A stretch of DNA of 63,721 nt, counting the filler, from Octopus bimaculoides (taxonomy: Eukaryota): NCBI RefSeq assembly GCF_001194135.2. It is 7 parts of 7 records of this genome, joined end to end, with 100 filler letters (N's around TTAATTAATTAA, not from the genome) between each part and the next. Parts side by side here need not be neighbours in the genome. Positions count along the whole stretch, not along the records: positions 1 to 13,083 come from NC_069008.1; positions 13,184 to 17,005 come from NC_068988.1; positions 17,106 to 39,896 come from NC_068996.1; 4 more parts are not named here. One strand, given 5' to 3'. The notes under the pieces are model-generated. The model was not told the origin of the DNA. It was given only the letters and a program-made list of their open reading frames with translations, and ran no database searches. A program made the translations under genes and the position numbers. This document shows positions 10,941-24,249 of the stretch, in pieces. The first letter of the stretch is position 1, and every line of letters begins with the position of its first letter.

Positions 10941-13340
10941 CACCCAGTTTTAAGTAGGAGATGCATATAAACGAAACAGTTTCTTTAAAAGAAAAAGGAA
11001 ACATGTTAACGACACTGTCTTGATTACTTTGTATTCATAAAATCGTTAGAGGATGGGAAGTAGCAAAAAGCCCACCCCCTTCATTGAATGGCAGGAGACT
11101 CATGGGATAGGATGTACTGGTTGAACACGAGAAGGTCAATGTCTGTTATAGGAGGAGGGGGGGTTGATGGGAGAAATATGTACAGCGGGTGACTGTGGGA
11201 GTGGGGGAGTTTGATGGCGGTGATGGGGTGCTGAAGTTGAGGGGTAGGTGGGCATAGGAGCTTTGTCAGGTATGAGTAATTGAACCCCTCCCTCCCTCCA
11301 GAGAATTGTGCTGCACCTGAAAGTATGTGGGGGAGTGATGTGTTTGTGTGGAGCTGTGTAGATGTGTGTGTGTGTGTGTNNNNNNNNNNNNNNNNNNNNN
11401 NNNNNNNNNNNNNNNNNNNNNNNNNNNNNNNNNNNNNNNNNNNNNNNNNNNNNNNNNNNNNNNNNNNNNNNNNNNNNNNNNNNNNNNNNNNNNNNNNNNN
11501 NNNNNNNNNNNNNNNNNNNNNNNNNNNNNNNNNNNNNNNNNNNNNNNNNNNNNNNNNNNNNNNNNNNNNNNNNNNNNNNNNNNNNNNNNNNNNNNNNNNN
11601 NNNNNNNNNNNNNNNNNNNNNNNNNNNNNNNNNNNNNNNNNNNNNNNNNNNNNNNNNNNNNNNNNNNNNNNNNNNNNNNNNNNNNNNNNNNNNNNNNNNN
11701 NNNNNNNNNNNNNNNNNNNNNNNNNNNNNNNNNNNNNNNNNNNNNNNNNNNNNNNNNNNNNNNNNNNNNNNNNNNNNNNNNNNNNNNNNNNNNNNNNNNN
11801 NNNNNNNNNNNNNNNNNNNNNNNNNNNNNNNNNNNNNNNNNNNNNNNNNNNNNNNNNNNNNNNNNNNNNNNNNNNNNNNNNNNNNNNNNNNNNNNNNNNN
11901 NNNNNNNNNNNNNNNNNNNNNNNNNNNNNNNNNNNNNNNNNNNNNNNNNNNNNNNNNNNNNNNNNNNNNNNNNNNNNNNNNNNNNNNNNNNNNNNNNNNN
12001 NNNNNNNNNNNNNNNNNNNNNNNNNNNNNNNNNNNNNNNNNNNNNNNNNNNNNNNNNNNNNNNNNNNNNNNNNNNNNNNNNNNNNNNNNNNNNNNNNNNN
12101 NNNNNNNNNNNNNNNNNNNNNNNNNNNNNNNNNNNNNNNNNNNNNNNNNNNNNNNNNNNNNNNNNNNNNNNNNNNNNNNNNNNNNNNNNNNNNNNNNNNN
12201 NNNNNNNNNNNNNNNNNNNNNNNNNNNNNNNNNNNNNNNNNNNNNNNNNNNNNNNNNNNNNNNNNNNNNNNNNNNNNNNNNNNNNNNNNNNNNNNNNNNN
12301 NNNNNNNNNNNNNNNNNNNNNNNNNNNNNNNNNNNNNNNNNNNNNNNTGCTCGCTTTGAATCAGATGACAAAAATATACTCGGCCCTATCCGTTGTAGTT
12401 CTCTACCTGTTTGGGCACCGGTTGATATAAATGTCCGTTTTCACTCACGGAATCGATAACAGAGGCCACTGTACAAACTCCAAGGAATCTGATAGGTTTG
12501 TTAGACTCTTCATGTAAATATTTCCAACTCAGTTCAAGACTTCTTCACCATGATAGCATAAAAGCAACAGTTTTGGCAGTTGCACCACCATTTCCACTAA
12601 GAGTTCCAGTCAAATTCCTACACATTCAAACAAATTCTTCTGCTCCTTCACAGAATTTACAGTTGCATCCATTTACAATTGTTTCATTGAATTCACGGTC
12701 CTCACAATGATGACAATTTGCATAAATAAACAGTGTATGCTTTAAAGCAATTGAGGTAAATATACGCCCGAGTGTTGCCATGTGCTGATTGCTGATCTCA
12801 GTTGAGACAATTAGCATCAGTGCAACCTATTTGCCTGATAAAAAAAAGAAAAACCGTTGTCATGGGGTTAAAATAGGGACCACATGAACCAGTGAGGGAG
12901 CACTGAATGTAACTCGGTACCCCTCTACATCCCCCCACCTCCACAGCTGCTCCACCACCACTGTGCCGCACATCATTACCAATGATGCAACGTGATATTT
13001 GATAATCTACCGAGTTTGCATAATTACAATAAACAGTGGTGTGTGGACTGTGTTATCTCATCACTGATGTTGGATGGGGAATTNNNNNNNNNNNNNNNNN
13101 NNNNNNNNNNNNNNNNNNNNNNNNNNNTTAATTAATTAANNNNNNNNNNNNNNNNNNNNNNNNNNNNNNNNNNNNNNNNNNNNTATATATATGGAAGAAA
13201 GCGCTAAAAATGTAAATAAAATGTAAATTAAAAAACATATATAATCATCTAACGTTCTGACTACCTTATTATTCTAAATATACAATATCTATACATCACT
13301 TCAATAAATCACCCGCTCCCTCTGCCTCTCTTTCTCTCTG

Positions 13341-13383
<43 letters not shown>

Positions 13384-15014
13384 TTCTTTCTCTCTGTCTC
13401 TCTCTCTCTGTCTCTCTCTTTGTTTGTCTCTCTCTTTCTCTGTCTCACTCTCTATATATACATGTATGTATGTATTATGTATGTATGTGTTTATGTATGC
13501 ATGTATGTATGTTTTTGTGCGTGTGTGTGCTTGCGCGCGTGCGTGCGTGTGTATAGATAAATAAATAGATATATGACAATCAAGACGACGACGATGATAA
13601 TGATGGCAGTGGTGGTAGTGGTGGTGGTGACGATAGCAACATTGAAATCAACACAGATGGTATTTCTTTTGACAGTGGTGTTTGGCAGTTGTAGAAGAAG
13701 ATAACGATGAAGAAGGATCCACTGTAAATGGCGTAGCTGTTGGTATTAATGATGATGATGATGTTGATTTTGATGTAATAAAATATTTGAGCTATAGGTA
13801 TCATATACTTTTTTCCAGAATTATCCTTGTGTTGCGTGTGTGAATGTGTTTTATATAATATTTCGAATTTGAAATTTCCGAATACTATTAACTTGATGTA
13901 AGTGTGTAGCGCGTGTAGGATTAATCAGTCGTCGTTGCTTGTTTAATGTACGCTGGGATAAATTTACGCATAAATATGTCTTCGTTCGTGATCAATAGAA
14001 ATGACATATGTAAGTAACAGATTGATGCTCAAATATCTAGAAAATAAAAAAAAAACACACTCCTAACAATAATCTGTAAATCCTGGAACCATTTTTGTAT
14101 GCTATCTTTTGGTTCAATACAAGCAAATGATGTTCAAATAATTAATTCCCCTGTCTTTCAATTTCCATCCTCAACTTCAAATAGCTTTAACAAGATTATT
14201 TTTATCGGTTTAGAAGAAACACAAAATGTGCTTTATTATTATTTTTTTTATTGGTTTCTCAAATATTCTCTCATTAATTTCTATATAACCTTTTATTATT
14301 GTTAATCGAGTTTATACATACATAAACATAGCAGCGAAACCCATGGACAACACCGCTATGCATGGTTCTCAAAACATAAAGATATATCAAATTCCATGCA
14401 TCCAGCCAGCAACATATACTCACATATACACACATAAATATACACATACATATATTCATACATACATACATACATACATACATACATACATACATACTTC
14501 CTCTTAACTCTAAGCTTAAAAGGAAGATGGTGGTTGATGTGTCTATAGGAATCAAACCAAAATAGACACGTAGATACGAGTGCACTCACACGAGCATGTA
14601 CAACCATACTCAAGGACAATGCAAGTTTTTTACAATATTCTGGTACATATGCTTTCTCCTCCTATGCACACACAAACACACACACACACACACACATACA
14701 CACACACACACACACACACATACAAACACAAACACACACACACACACACATATACATATGGAATTGAATTGAACTGAAATTGAAACAGTTCCAGCTCACG
14801 AGCTGTAGCGATGCTCGGGCACCGCCATTTGGTGTTGCTACATAATTTTTACTTCACTAACATCGGGTGCATGAGGAGGTTTCACACCGCTGCCCTCATT
14901 TACACATATTTATGTATACATATGGACACACACACACAAAATAATATATAGGTGGGATAAAGTTAAAATATGATCTGGTTTTCAGGTTTTTTGTTATGGT
15001 ATTTTAATATCAAA

Positions 15015-15224
15015 AAAATATTTTGTAATGCTCATAAAGTTAAATTAGCGCTTTATTGACCAACCTGCATGGTCAAAAAGTTATTCTAAAATTTCAGCTT
15101 GTTCGGGCGTTCTAAGAGGTGCTAAAGTTGTCAAGAACTCAACTGTCAGTTAAACACATTTGATAACTACGCTATCTATGTATGAAAGCGCTAATTTAAC
15201 TTTATGAGCATTTCAAAATATTTT
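15015..15224. repeat. 40-bp inverted repeat pair (1 mismatch) enclosing 130 bp
   Basis: aaaatattttgtaatgctcataaagttaaattagcgcttt (15015-15054) versus 15185-15224. Confidence 0.8.
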
Positions 15225-17835
15225 ATAATATCAACACGGAATTATGTATTTGTGTCTATTTATCTCACAGTGTCTAACTGAAAGTATTTGAAACATTAAC
15301 CGCCATTTCGTATATCATAGGATTGAAGGTGTGTAATCAGATTAGTTTCTTAACTATAGTAATTCGGGTGAGATTTAATCGAAATTATGTCTACATCATG
15401 GCATTCCATCTTTGGATGATTTTTCGTTCCCTCCACCGTTTGTCATTTACTGAACCTTGATTTTTATCAACGCTGAGACCACCACCGCCACCATCAGCAG
15501 CGACAACCAGGAATAATCATCGTCATCATCACTATCAGCATCTGCAGCTGCATATGTTAAACATCTCAGCAATCGGATAATGAATATATCTTTGACACAC
15601 AGAGTAAATCCTTGCGACTGCTTTTTATTATATAATTATCTTCGTACGAATAGAAAAGCATCAAAAATGATATTAATAGAAAAGGTAGAACTTAATATAT
15701 GAGGAAAAAAAATTGCGATGTAAAACGATTATTCCAGAGCACATTTCATACGTACATACTTACCTACATACATACATACATACATACATAATCTCTCTNN
15801 NNNNNNNNNNNNNNNNNNNNNNNNNNNNNNNNNNNNNNNNNNNNNNNNNNNNNNNNNNNNNNNNNNNNNNNNNNNNNNNNNNNNNNNNNNNNNNNNNNNN
15901 NNNNNNNNNNNNNNNNNNNNNNNNNNNNNNNNNNNNNNNNNNNNNNNNNNNNNNNNNNNNNNNNNNNNNNNNNNNNNNNNNNNNNNNNNNNNNNNNNNNN
16001 NNNNNNNNNNNNNNNNNNNNNNNNNNNNNNNNNNNNNNNNNNNNNNNNNNNNNNNNNNNNNNNNNNNNNNNNNNNNNNNNNNNNNNNNNNNNNNNNNNNN
16101 NNNNNNNNNNNNNNNNNNNNNNNNNNNNNNNNNNNNNNNNNNNNNNNNNNNNNNNNNNNNNNNNNNNNNNNNNNNNNAAATGTTCAGATAGAAAATACAG
16201 ATTAAAAAGGAAAATTACAATATAAAGATTACAAAAAAAAAAAGATAAAAATAAATAAAACACAAGCCAAAATAGCACGAATCTCATTTAGTTACAAAGT
16301 TTCGAGGGAAACAATCTTTGTCGATCACATTTAGGCAGACAGAGAATTGATTATATTCTGATGTTTTTAACGTTAATCTCGCATTTATATTCAATATATC
16401 GTAGGCAAGGCTCGTGTTGAAAGCTGCGATAGATGAAATCATATGGCTGAGGCAACTGATTTCAAAATGAAAGCTTCAAACATTTTTTCTTTCCTTTCTT
16501 TTCTATCTTTTCATTAATTTCTTAAATTCATTTTTTATTTGTTCCATATTCTTTGAAATTTTGTAATCACGAGAATTTTTCATCTGTTTTTCGATTTCCT
16601 ATTTTGACGCAGAAACTTACGTTATATACGACCATAAGACATTTCCTATTTAACATAATTTAAACTTTTTAATAGATTTTTGACGAATTTAATCACTGAC
16701 ATGTAAGTTTCAATACAGTTCAATCACAAGATTTAATAGCTCTATACATGAGTATACATTGCTAATCTTTTTGGTAAATGTTCAACGTTATTTCCAACAG
16801 ATTTGTTAGTTTGAAATTCAGAATCAAGACATTGAGATAAAGAAATAGAAAACTGCACGCGTAACCGATTCAGTGACAAAGTTTTGACATATATCATACA
16901 TATATACATATATGCAGACACATAGAGGCACAGACAGACACACACATACACACACTCGCAAACATATATATATATATATATATATATGTATGAATGAATA
17001 TATATNNNNNNNNNNNNNNNNNNNNNNNNNNNNNNNNNNNNNNNNNNNNTTAATTAATTAANNNNNNNNNNNNNNNNNNNNNNNNNNNNNNNNNNNNNNN
17101 NNNNNTTGGGGAAAAAAAAAAAATTGCGAGAAAATGGGAGGAGAGGAGGAAGTCTTTCCCCAATCCATCATTGCGGTATACAGTTAAAATGTGTTGTTTT
17201 TTTTTCTCTCTCTCCACAAATATATTTGCTCTTGATTTTCTAGGCATTGTGCAGATTGATTAAGTAAGAATAATTCAAATCGAACTATTACAACTTTTTT
17301 TTACATGACTACTGAGAATATCCAACAAATGGTCTTTACGGAAATACGGAAACACCACACACTCTTTCACACAAAAAAATACCTCAAGATAAGAGTGAAA
17401 AAAAAATTAGAAACGATTCCAGAGGCAGTTCTCTCCCCTCAAAGAAAATATTCACACGCCCCCTCCCCTTTACAATTTCTCTCTCTCTCTCTCTGTCTCT
17501 AAACATCGGCGGCTGTAGTTCCAAGTCAGATAACCACATATTATTAATATGCTCATTTTGGCGGAATACGCACACCACTCGTTTTCAGCCTAACCTTAAC
17601 CCCTAAACACCGGGTGTGCGTATTCTTTACCTTCGCCTACATTTTGAATGGAATTATTCCATATTGAATCTGAATTTCTTAGTCCTTAATTATTCTCGTT
17701 TTGAATGGAATTTATTCTCATACTGAATGTGAAATGAAATGGACAGTAGTTTCAGAAATAAAGAAGTTTGATATTGAAGTTCCGGCTAAAACAACGGTCT
17801 TTAAAAAATACTAAATTATTCCCAAAACAAAATAA

Positions 17836-17975
17836 TCCTTTCTACTATAGGCACAATACCTGGAATTTGAGAGGAGGAGGATAGTCGGTCACATCGACCA
17901 CAGTACTTGACTAGTACTTAATTTATCGACCCCGAAAGGATGAATGGCAAATCGGCTTTCGGGAAACGTAAAATG
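17836..17975 (-). mobile_element. SINE family C 3' part
   Basis: tttctactataggcacaa...gtacttaatttatcgaccccgaaaggatgaatggcaaa. Confidence 0.65.
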
Positions 17976-18049
17976 CTTTAATAGGTGATGGTAGAGATAA
18001 TGAAGATTTCTAAAACATTTTAGTGTAAAACTTTAGATTTTAGCTGAGG

Positions 18050-18235
18050 TGTCTTTGTGTCTGTTTGTTACCCAACCTTCACTTGACAACCGATGTTGGT
18101 GTGTTTACGTCCCCGTAACTTAGAGACCAATAGAATAAGTACTAGGCTTACAAAGAATAAGTCCTGGGATCGATTTAAAAACCCTTAAAAGCAGTTCTCC
18201 AAATGGCTGCAGTCACATGACAAGTAAAAGAATAA
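18050..18235 (+). mobile_element. SINE family B 3' half
   Basis: cttgacaaccgatgttggtgtgtttacgtccccgtaactt... Confidence 0.7.
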
Positions 18236-20096
18236 AATATTGTTTGTATATCCCTTTCAGACTGTCACCTTAACATGATGAAGTATTCCATGCCTTTATT
18301 ATCCAGAGATTTACATCGCATCCCTCGCAGATCCAATCAAGCCGGACAAGTTTAAGGGTAAAAAGCAGTCGAAAGAGAAGCCTCGGCTTGTACAGGGTTC
18401 GGATCTGATGTGGGATTAAACAGCCTTATCCCTTAAAAAACGTACACCCGCTACATAAACATCGACAAAGAAACGAAAGCAAATCTCAAGTTATAACTAC
18501 AAGTGTACCTTCTTCCCTTCTCGACTTTGTTTCTTCATAACTTGTGATATACCAATCTCAGTTCTTCGGATTAGAAAAAAAATATCGTCAATGGCCTAAG
18601 CTCCAGGAGGGGCAATAGTTTCTATAATGGGAATAGTTTTAAATTAAAGTACATCGTCGTTTGGGAGATGACAGTTTATTTCAATGTTAGGACGATTTTA
18701 CTATTGCAACATCTTCCTAACTAATGCATTTTAAATTTATTAACATCTCTATGGAAACTTCTTACAAAAATCGCGGAACTTTCAATAAATAACGTTGAAA
18801 AATAAGTTTTAAATTTTCATATCTTCAAATGAAATTGTTTTAAAAAAACAAAAATCAGGCAATATATACTTGGGAGATTATCGTAAGTGAAATGTTTAAT
18901 TTGAAATGTATTTCTTTATCAAGCACAAATCTCATAATATGACTTAAACTAAGATGCGATACCAAAACAATTTTGGTTAATGTTTACAATATTACCCGGG
19001 AGTTTTTGTTTTGACTTTCATTTTACTTCCTTATCCTCTCCCCAACCGTTTATGGACTCGTTTATTACTGTTTTTATTTTAACTTCAGTGTTTACCGTTG
19101 TATAAAATTAAATTAGAAAATCAGACAAAACAGAGAACACAATTGAAAAGTTAAAAGAATCGCAAAAGCGAGCAAATCCTTTAATATTTGAAATCGAGCA
19201 CAAGTAAGTTTAAAATCCTTTTATAAAGTATATTATTCCCAAACAAACCCAAGTAAGAGCAACTAAATAGAATACTTCAGAAATGTATTAATAAAATAAT
19301 TCTTGATGTCTTTTAGAAACATCTAAAATCACACACACACACACACATACATACATACATACATACAAAGTTATCCCTGCGCTGCTTTTCGGCTCTTCAT
19401 TTTAATTTTCACTTATATCTATGTATACTTGAACTAAATGTCCGTGTGATCACGTACTCGAATTCTTAATTAAAAAGTAAATGAATTTTCGAAATGGCTA
19501 TTATTTACTACATTAGGATATTGGAGCGCACAAAGTTTGAACTAAAATTGTACCTGTAAAGAATGTATTTATTCCAGGAAGCCTATTATTTACAGATAGT
19601 TACGATATAAACACATCCCGGACTTTTTGAGCCTTAATGGAGATGATAAAGACGGTATTAAAGATAAATTTGACATGTGAATCTCCTTATTTACATTGAA
19701 TACACACCAACTTCATTAACCGGGTGTCGTTGCGGGTGGATATTTAGAATTTCTTAGTCCTTAATTACGACAGGTATTTTAAGCGTGAAAGGGGAATTCA
19801 AACTTTGCAACAAAGAAAAATTATATAAAAACTAATTTATTGGATTTTTTTTTTAAATAAGCATTTCCAAATGATGACTCTTAAGAATAACATTATTTCT
19901 AGGTAAGGTTCTTCGGAATTCTACAAGTAAAAACATGAATAACTCGAAGAAAGTTTTAATATCTTAATTAGATCAAAGTTTAATATCTTAATTAGATTAA
20001 AGTTTTAATTAGATCTTATTAGAAATAATAGAAAATTATTAATTTCACAGCAATAAATAGTTCTTTACAAAGGCATTATTTTTGGCAATTACTAAC

Positions 20097-20267
20097 CTGT
20101 CTGCGAAGAAACTCGTTCGGGAATAACAGAGCAAAGATTCCTAAAAACAATTCAATAAACATATCAGCCAACAGCCATGTTTTTACTGATAGAAACAAAG
20201 CTGGTGAAAATATGAATGGCATAGCAATTATTCGGACATAATCGAAAGTAGTTAAATTGAAATCCAT
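20097..20267 (-). CDS. Probable first coding exon of an uncharacterised membrane protein (MDFNLTTFDYVRIIAMPFIFSPALFLSVKTWLLADMFIELFLGIFALLFPNEFLRRQ)
   Basis: ATG at 20267; 57 codons ending at a good donor CAG|gttagt (phase 0); two hydrophobic stretches; unique non-repeat sequence with a CpG-rich upstream region. No downstream exon identified. Confidence 0.45.
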
Positions 20268-20324
20268 TCTTGTGGTCTCGAATGCAAAAACAGACTCCGT
20301 TAGAATTCTGGCGCTATATATTGA

Positions 20325-20333
20325 CGCATGCGC
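20325..20333. promoter_or_regulatory. NRF1-like palindromic motif CGCATGCGC upstream of the candidate exon
   Basis: Sequence gacgcatgcgcga ~60 nt upstream of the ATG at 20267, resembling the GCGCATGCGC consensus. Confidence 0.3.
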
Positions 20334-21351
20334 GAGCACTGCTTCAATTAACGACCTCAATTATCGTGCTGCTGAGTTATTTGTTAATGCTATAAGGTTT
20401 CACGCTCTCTTTGTTTTTTCGATATTTACATTGTGTTTTATTTTAAGAAATGAAAACTATTGAAAATCTATTAGATTAGCATGAAATATTTGTAAACTTG
20501 GAGAAAAAATCCTATGTGACCAAATATAGTGATTCATTTAAAATCCTCAATACTCTCATTGTTTTCTTCAATTTTTGTAGTAGATTGACTGTCTTGAGAA
20601 GTGAACCATCGTATATTAGACAGATTCAATCAAAACATTACAAATGTTTTTTCATTAATAAAACAATTCATTCATGTGTACTACTACTATAGAAATGGGT
20701 GGTTGAATAACTGAGGAATGGGCCTAGGATATAGTATAAAAGTTGGAGGTTTGTAGCATATCAAGGAAATGGAGGAGTTTGTCTTTTCTGTCTTCTGATA
20801 CCCTCAACCCCGGGTATATTGATTGATTGATTATTACTATGAACAAACGATCGATAAAGATTATTACAGTTACTGTTGTTCTACAGCTTTAAGTCAGCTC
20901 TGATCGATCAAAGGTATTTCTAGCATGGAGGGTTACATATTTTTTCCAGGTATTGTCCCTCCGGCTTCACATAATCCAATGAGTTTTTTTTTTCTTTCTA
21001 AAGATGTTAGAGTATAGTATGAGGGCGATCTGGCTGCTATTTCTTCCAACTCGAACGAACATGTAAAGGGTCCCTCCTTGACTTGTGACAACAGTGATAC
21101 ATTGCCAGGTTAAATATTTTATGGATTCCTGTCCGATAGTATACCAAACAGTTTGTGATTAACTAATTTTGTCTCTCATTCTTGTAAAAGTCGACTGAGT
21201 ATAAACTGTACCTGAATCACTAGACGGAACTTAGCTTTGGTTTCCTCGTTATTAAGCAAGTTATATGAATATTATCCTGGAAAACAGGCTAATACAAGTG
21301 ACCTGCTTTTATGAGCATGTTAAACGTTTGATGTCATTTGGGGAAATTATC

Positions 21352-21615
21352 CCACAGTGTAGTACCTATTTACAGGTAGATAGCCTGAACTGTTGACAGT
21401 GAGTTGATCAAGGAAACAGTACAGTGAACTAAACTACACTATCTATTTACAGCTTGGTAGACTGGACTGTTGAGTATTATGTTGGTCATGGACACAGTAC
21501 AGTGAACTATATCACACTGTGGTATCTACTTATAGCTAGGTAAACTGGACTGTTGACAGTTATGTGTGTTGGTCATGACAGAGTACAGTGAACTATATCA
21601 CATTGTGGTACCTAG
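21352..21615 (+). repeat. ~80-bp minisatellite, about 3.3 units
   Basis: Repeated ...ctggactgttga...ttggtcat...cagtacagtgaacta..cac; related inverted sequence at ~50385-50510. Confidence 0.75.
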
Positions 21616-21854
21616 CCCCTTGTGGGCAATGAAGAAACAACTTCACTGTGGTACCTAAACGCAGTTAGATAAACAAGACTGCTGCTTTGTACTCAAGCTG
21701 CTTATGGGAATAGGGAAACTGGAAAAGTAAATTTGTCAGAAAATATTCAGACATGCATAGTTTAGAAGATTACATTATAATCATGATTTGGGTCGTCATT
21801 TCCAAAATGGGGATTTTGAGCATATGATTAGGAATAAAATTAAACTAGAGGAAA

Positions 21855-22385
21855 TGCAGTTTGGTTTTATACTACAGATGCCATCTTCCTAGTGAGACAG
21901 TTGCAGGAAAAGTATTTGACCAAAAATAAGCCATTTGGCTTAGCTTTCGACAGAGTCCCCTGCTCTGTTATCTGATGGTCTTTAAGGAAGTTAGGAATAG
22001 AGGAGTGACTTGTTAGAGCTGTACAAGCCATATTCAGTGGTGCTGTCAGTAAGGTGAGGGTCAGCCACAAATACAGGGATGAATTTAGTGTACAGGTTAG
22101 GGTTCAGTACTCAGCCCACTATAGTCCTCTAAGCCATAACAGGAATTCAAAACTGGATACCCATAGGAACTGCTATATTCTGATGACCTCACTCTTATTG
22201 CAGAATCTGTAGCAGAAATGGAGAAGAAATTCCAGGTATGGAAGCAAAACCTGGAATCAAAGGACTTTAAAGCTAACCAAGCAAAGACCAAAAATAAGAC
22301 TCTCTTTCCATCAGGTAAATGGCCCTGCTCAATATGTAGGAAAACAGTTGGAAGTAATTCCATTTGCCACACCCAACGTAAGCTA
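21855..22385 (+). mobile_element. RTE-type LINE reverse-transcriptase fragment
   Basis: Plus-strand translation across frameshifts: TTDAIFLVRQLQEKY..FDRVP..WSLRKLG..LVRAVQAIF..LYSDDLTLIAES. Confidence 0.75.
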
Positions 22386-22389
22386 TGAA

Positions 22390-24246
22390 AAGTAAGCAGC
22401 ACAAAAGTTAATGAGATTTGTGAAACTGGCGTTTTGCTTCCAAAATATCATCAACATTTGCTTTATGATTGCTGCAGCCAACTATAACAATTGCTTTCAA
22501 ATGTTCATCAGTGAGCCTTGTTCCATGTATTGACTTCATACACTTTATTTTTGAAAATGTTTGCTCACAAACATAAGTTGTTCCAAAAACTGATGCCACG
22601 AGGTAAATTTTTCCAATTTTGAAAACTCATCAGCAGGCAAGCAGCGATAAAATTCAATGAGTTTTCCTTCTCTGTGCTCCTCTTTCAACAAGGTATTATC
22701 TTGCAAGTCAATAAGCTCCAGTTGTAGTTCAGTTGGCATGTTATCAAGGGGATTCTCAAACAAAAGAATTTCATTCTCAATTCTGTCAAGACTTGAAAAC
22801 CTTTGAGAAAAATGCTTATTTAAGACCCGAATAATTTTTCTTCTGAAACTCGAGGTTAACATGTTCCACATTTTCTGTGCAAAACTCTTGAAAACACTGA
22901 AGATGAGAGACGTTTCCTCCTTCAAGTTGTTCTTCAAACAATGATAGCTTTCTCCGAAATGCTGTAATAGTTCTGTAGAGATCTCAGACAAGGTTATTCT
23001 TTCCCTGCAGTTTTAAATTCAATTCATTCATATGAGAAGTGACGTCAACTAAAAATGACAACTTTGATAATCGTGAAAGATCTGACAGCTGTGGATCAGC
23101 TCTATTCTTTTCGGTGAGAAAAAGATCTATTTCTCTTCGGAACTTATAGAAACGAAACAGGACTTTACCGCAACTGAGCTTCTGTGTAGTAAGGCAAGTC
23201 ACAGAAATTAGAATCCATTTCTTTAAGGAAAGCCTGTAACTGTCGGTAATTAAGCCCATGATTCCGAATAAAGTTCGCCACAGTTTTAACCGGTTTTACT
23301 ATGCAAGAAATATCTAAGTATTTTCCACAGAGTGCTTGCTAATGTATAATGCAGTGTATAAACAGAGCTTTCAGAAGTTGAAGCTCCTCCAACTTGGTCT
23401 GGATCCGCCCTACCAAATCCTTCCTCACTCCTGCCATGTTTTTCCCTCCATCTACTGTAACACACCGAAGATGATTTCACTGAAGGTTAAAGTTTTGCAA
23501 AGTTTTCTGTACCTCTATGAAAATATCTTCTCCAGTTGTTGTTCCATGTATACTGCAAACGGATGCCATTTCTTCTATAATCTCAAAGTTGCAATTAACA
23601 CCACGAATGAATACAAGAATTTGTGACGTACAAGAGAGATCAGTAGACTCATCCATTGCAAGAGAATACCACAAAAATTTCTTAGCTTTCTTATGCATCT
23701 GTAACTGTATATTCTCTCCAAGTTCTTCTATTCTCCGCACAACTGANNNNNNNNNNAAGATTCCAAACTACATTTCATAGGTTCAAATTTCTTGGACCGC
23801 AATTTTTCAGAATATTTAGAATATGTTTTGCTTCGTAGTGACGACGAATCTTGTACTCTTTCATAACAGCAACACTTTCGTTGCATATCAGACAACTAGC
23901 TCTCTGGTCATTTGTTTCTCCAAAGTACTTTTCTCCCCATTCTTTATTGAAAATGCAACATTCTCTTCTTAGTAGCCATAATGATGGGTGGAGAAAAAAC
24001 AAAAGCAGTCTTAGGCCTCAGTATCAGATATTCTCATTTTAATTGTAATCACTAATAACTGACCAGCCCGAGACACGTGATGTACTGTAGTAATTAATAT
24101 GGTGCATGACGTGACTAACTCAGTATACATACAACATGCGTAATCTAAGAAGTGCAAGAAGCAGTATAAAAGCATGTTTATTTTTTTTGGCATACATCAG
24201 TGGGCCAGACAAACTGACGTCATGGGCCGTAGTTTGGTGACCCATG
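22390..24246 (-). mobile_element. hAT DNA transposon relic (Buster/SPIN-type, GTF2IRD2-like transposase), frameshifted
   Basis: Minus-strand pieces KEYKIRRHYEAKH, YSLAMDESTDLSCTSQILVFIRGV, HGTTTGEDIF, WLS-region and FGTTYVCEQTFSKIK; 5' terminus CATGGGTCACCAAACT at 24246-24231; 3' TIR not seen. Confidence 0.85.
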
Positions 24247-24249
24247 AGT

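Noticed and set aside
13128-13139. TTAATTAATTAA islands inside N runs (also 17050, 39941, 51121, 58748, 61996)
   Set aside because: Identical 12-mer flanked by N on both sides, with stops in all six frames: an assembly spacer, not biology.
18405-18460. CTGATGT-gggat...atccc-ttAAAA hammerhead-like string
   Set aside because: Both core halves deviate; it could be a decayed copy but cannot be supported here.
19095-19205. Plus-strand open stretch ending at a caa|gtaagt donor
   Set aside because: Low-complexity K/E-rich peptide with a weak acceptor and no linked exons.
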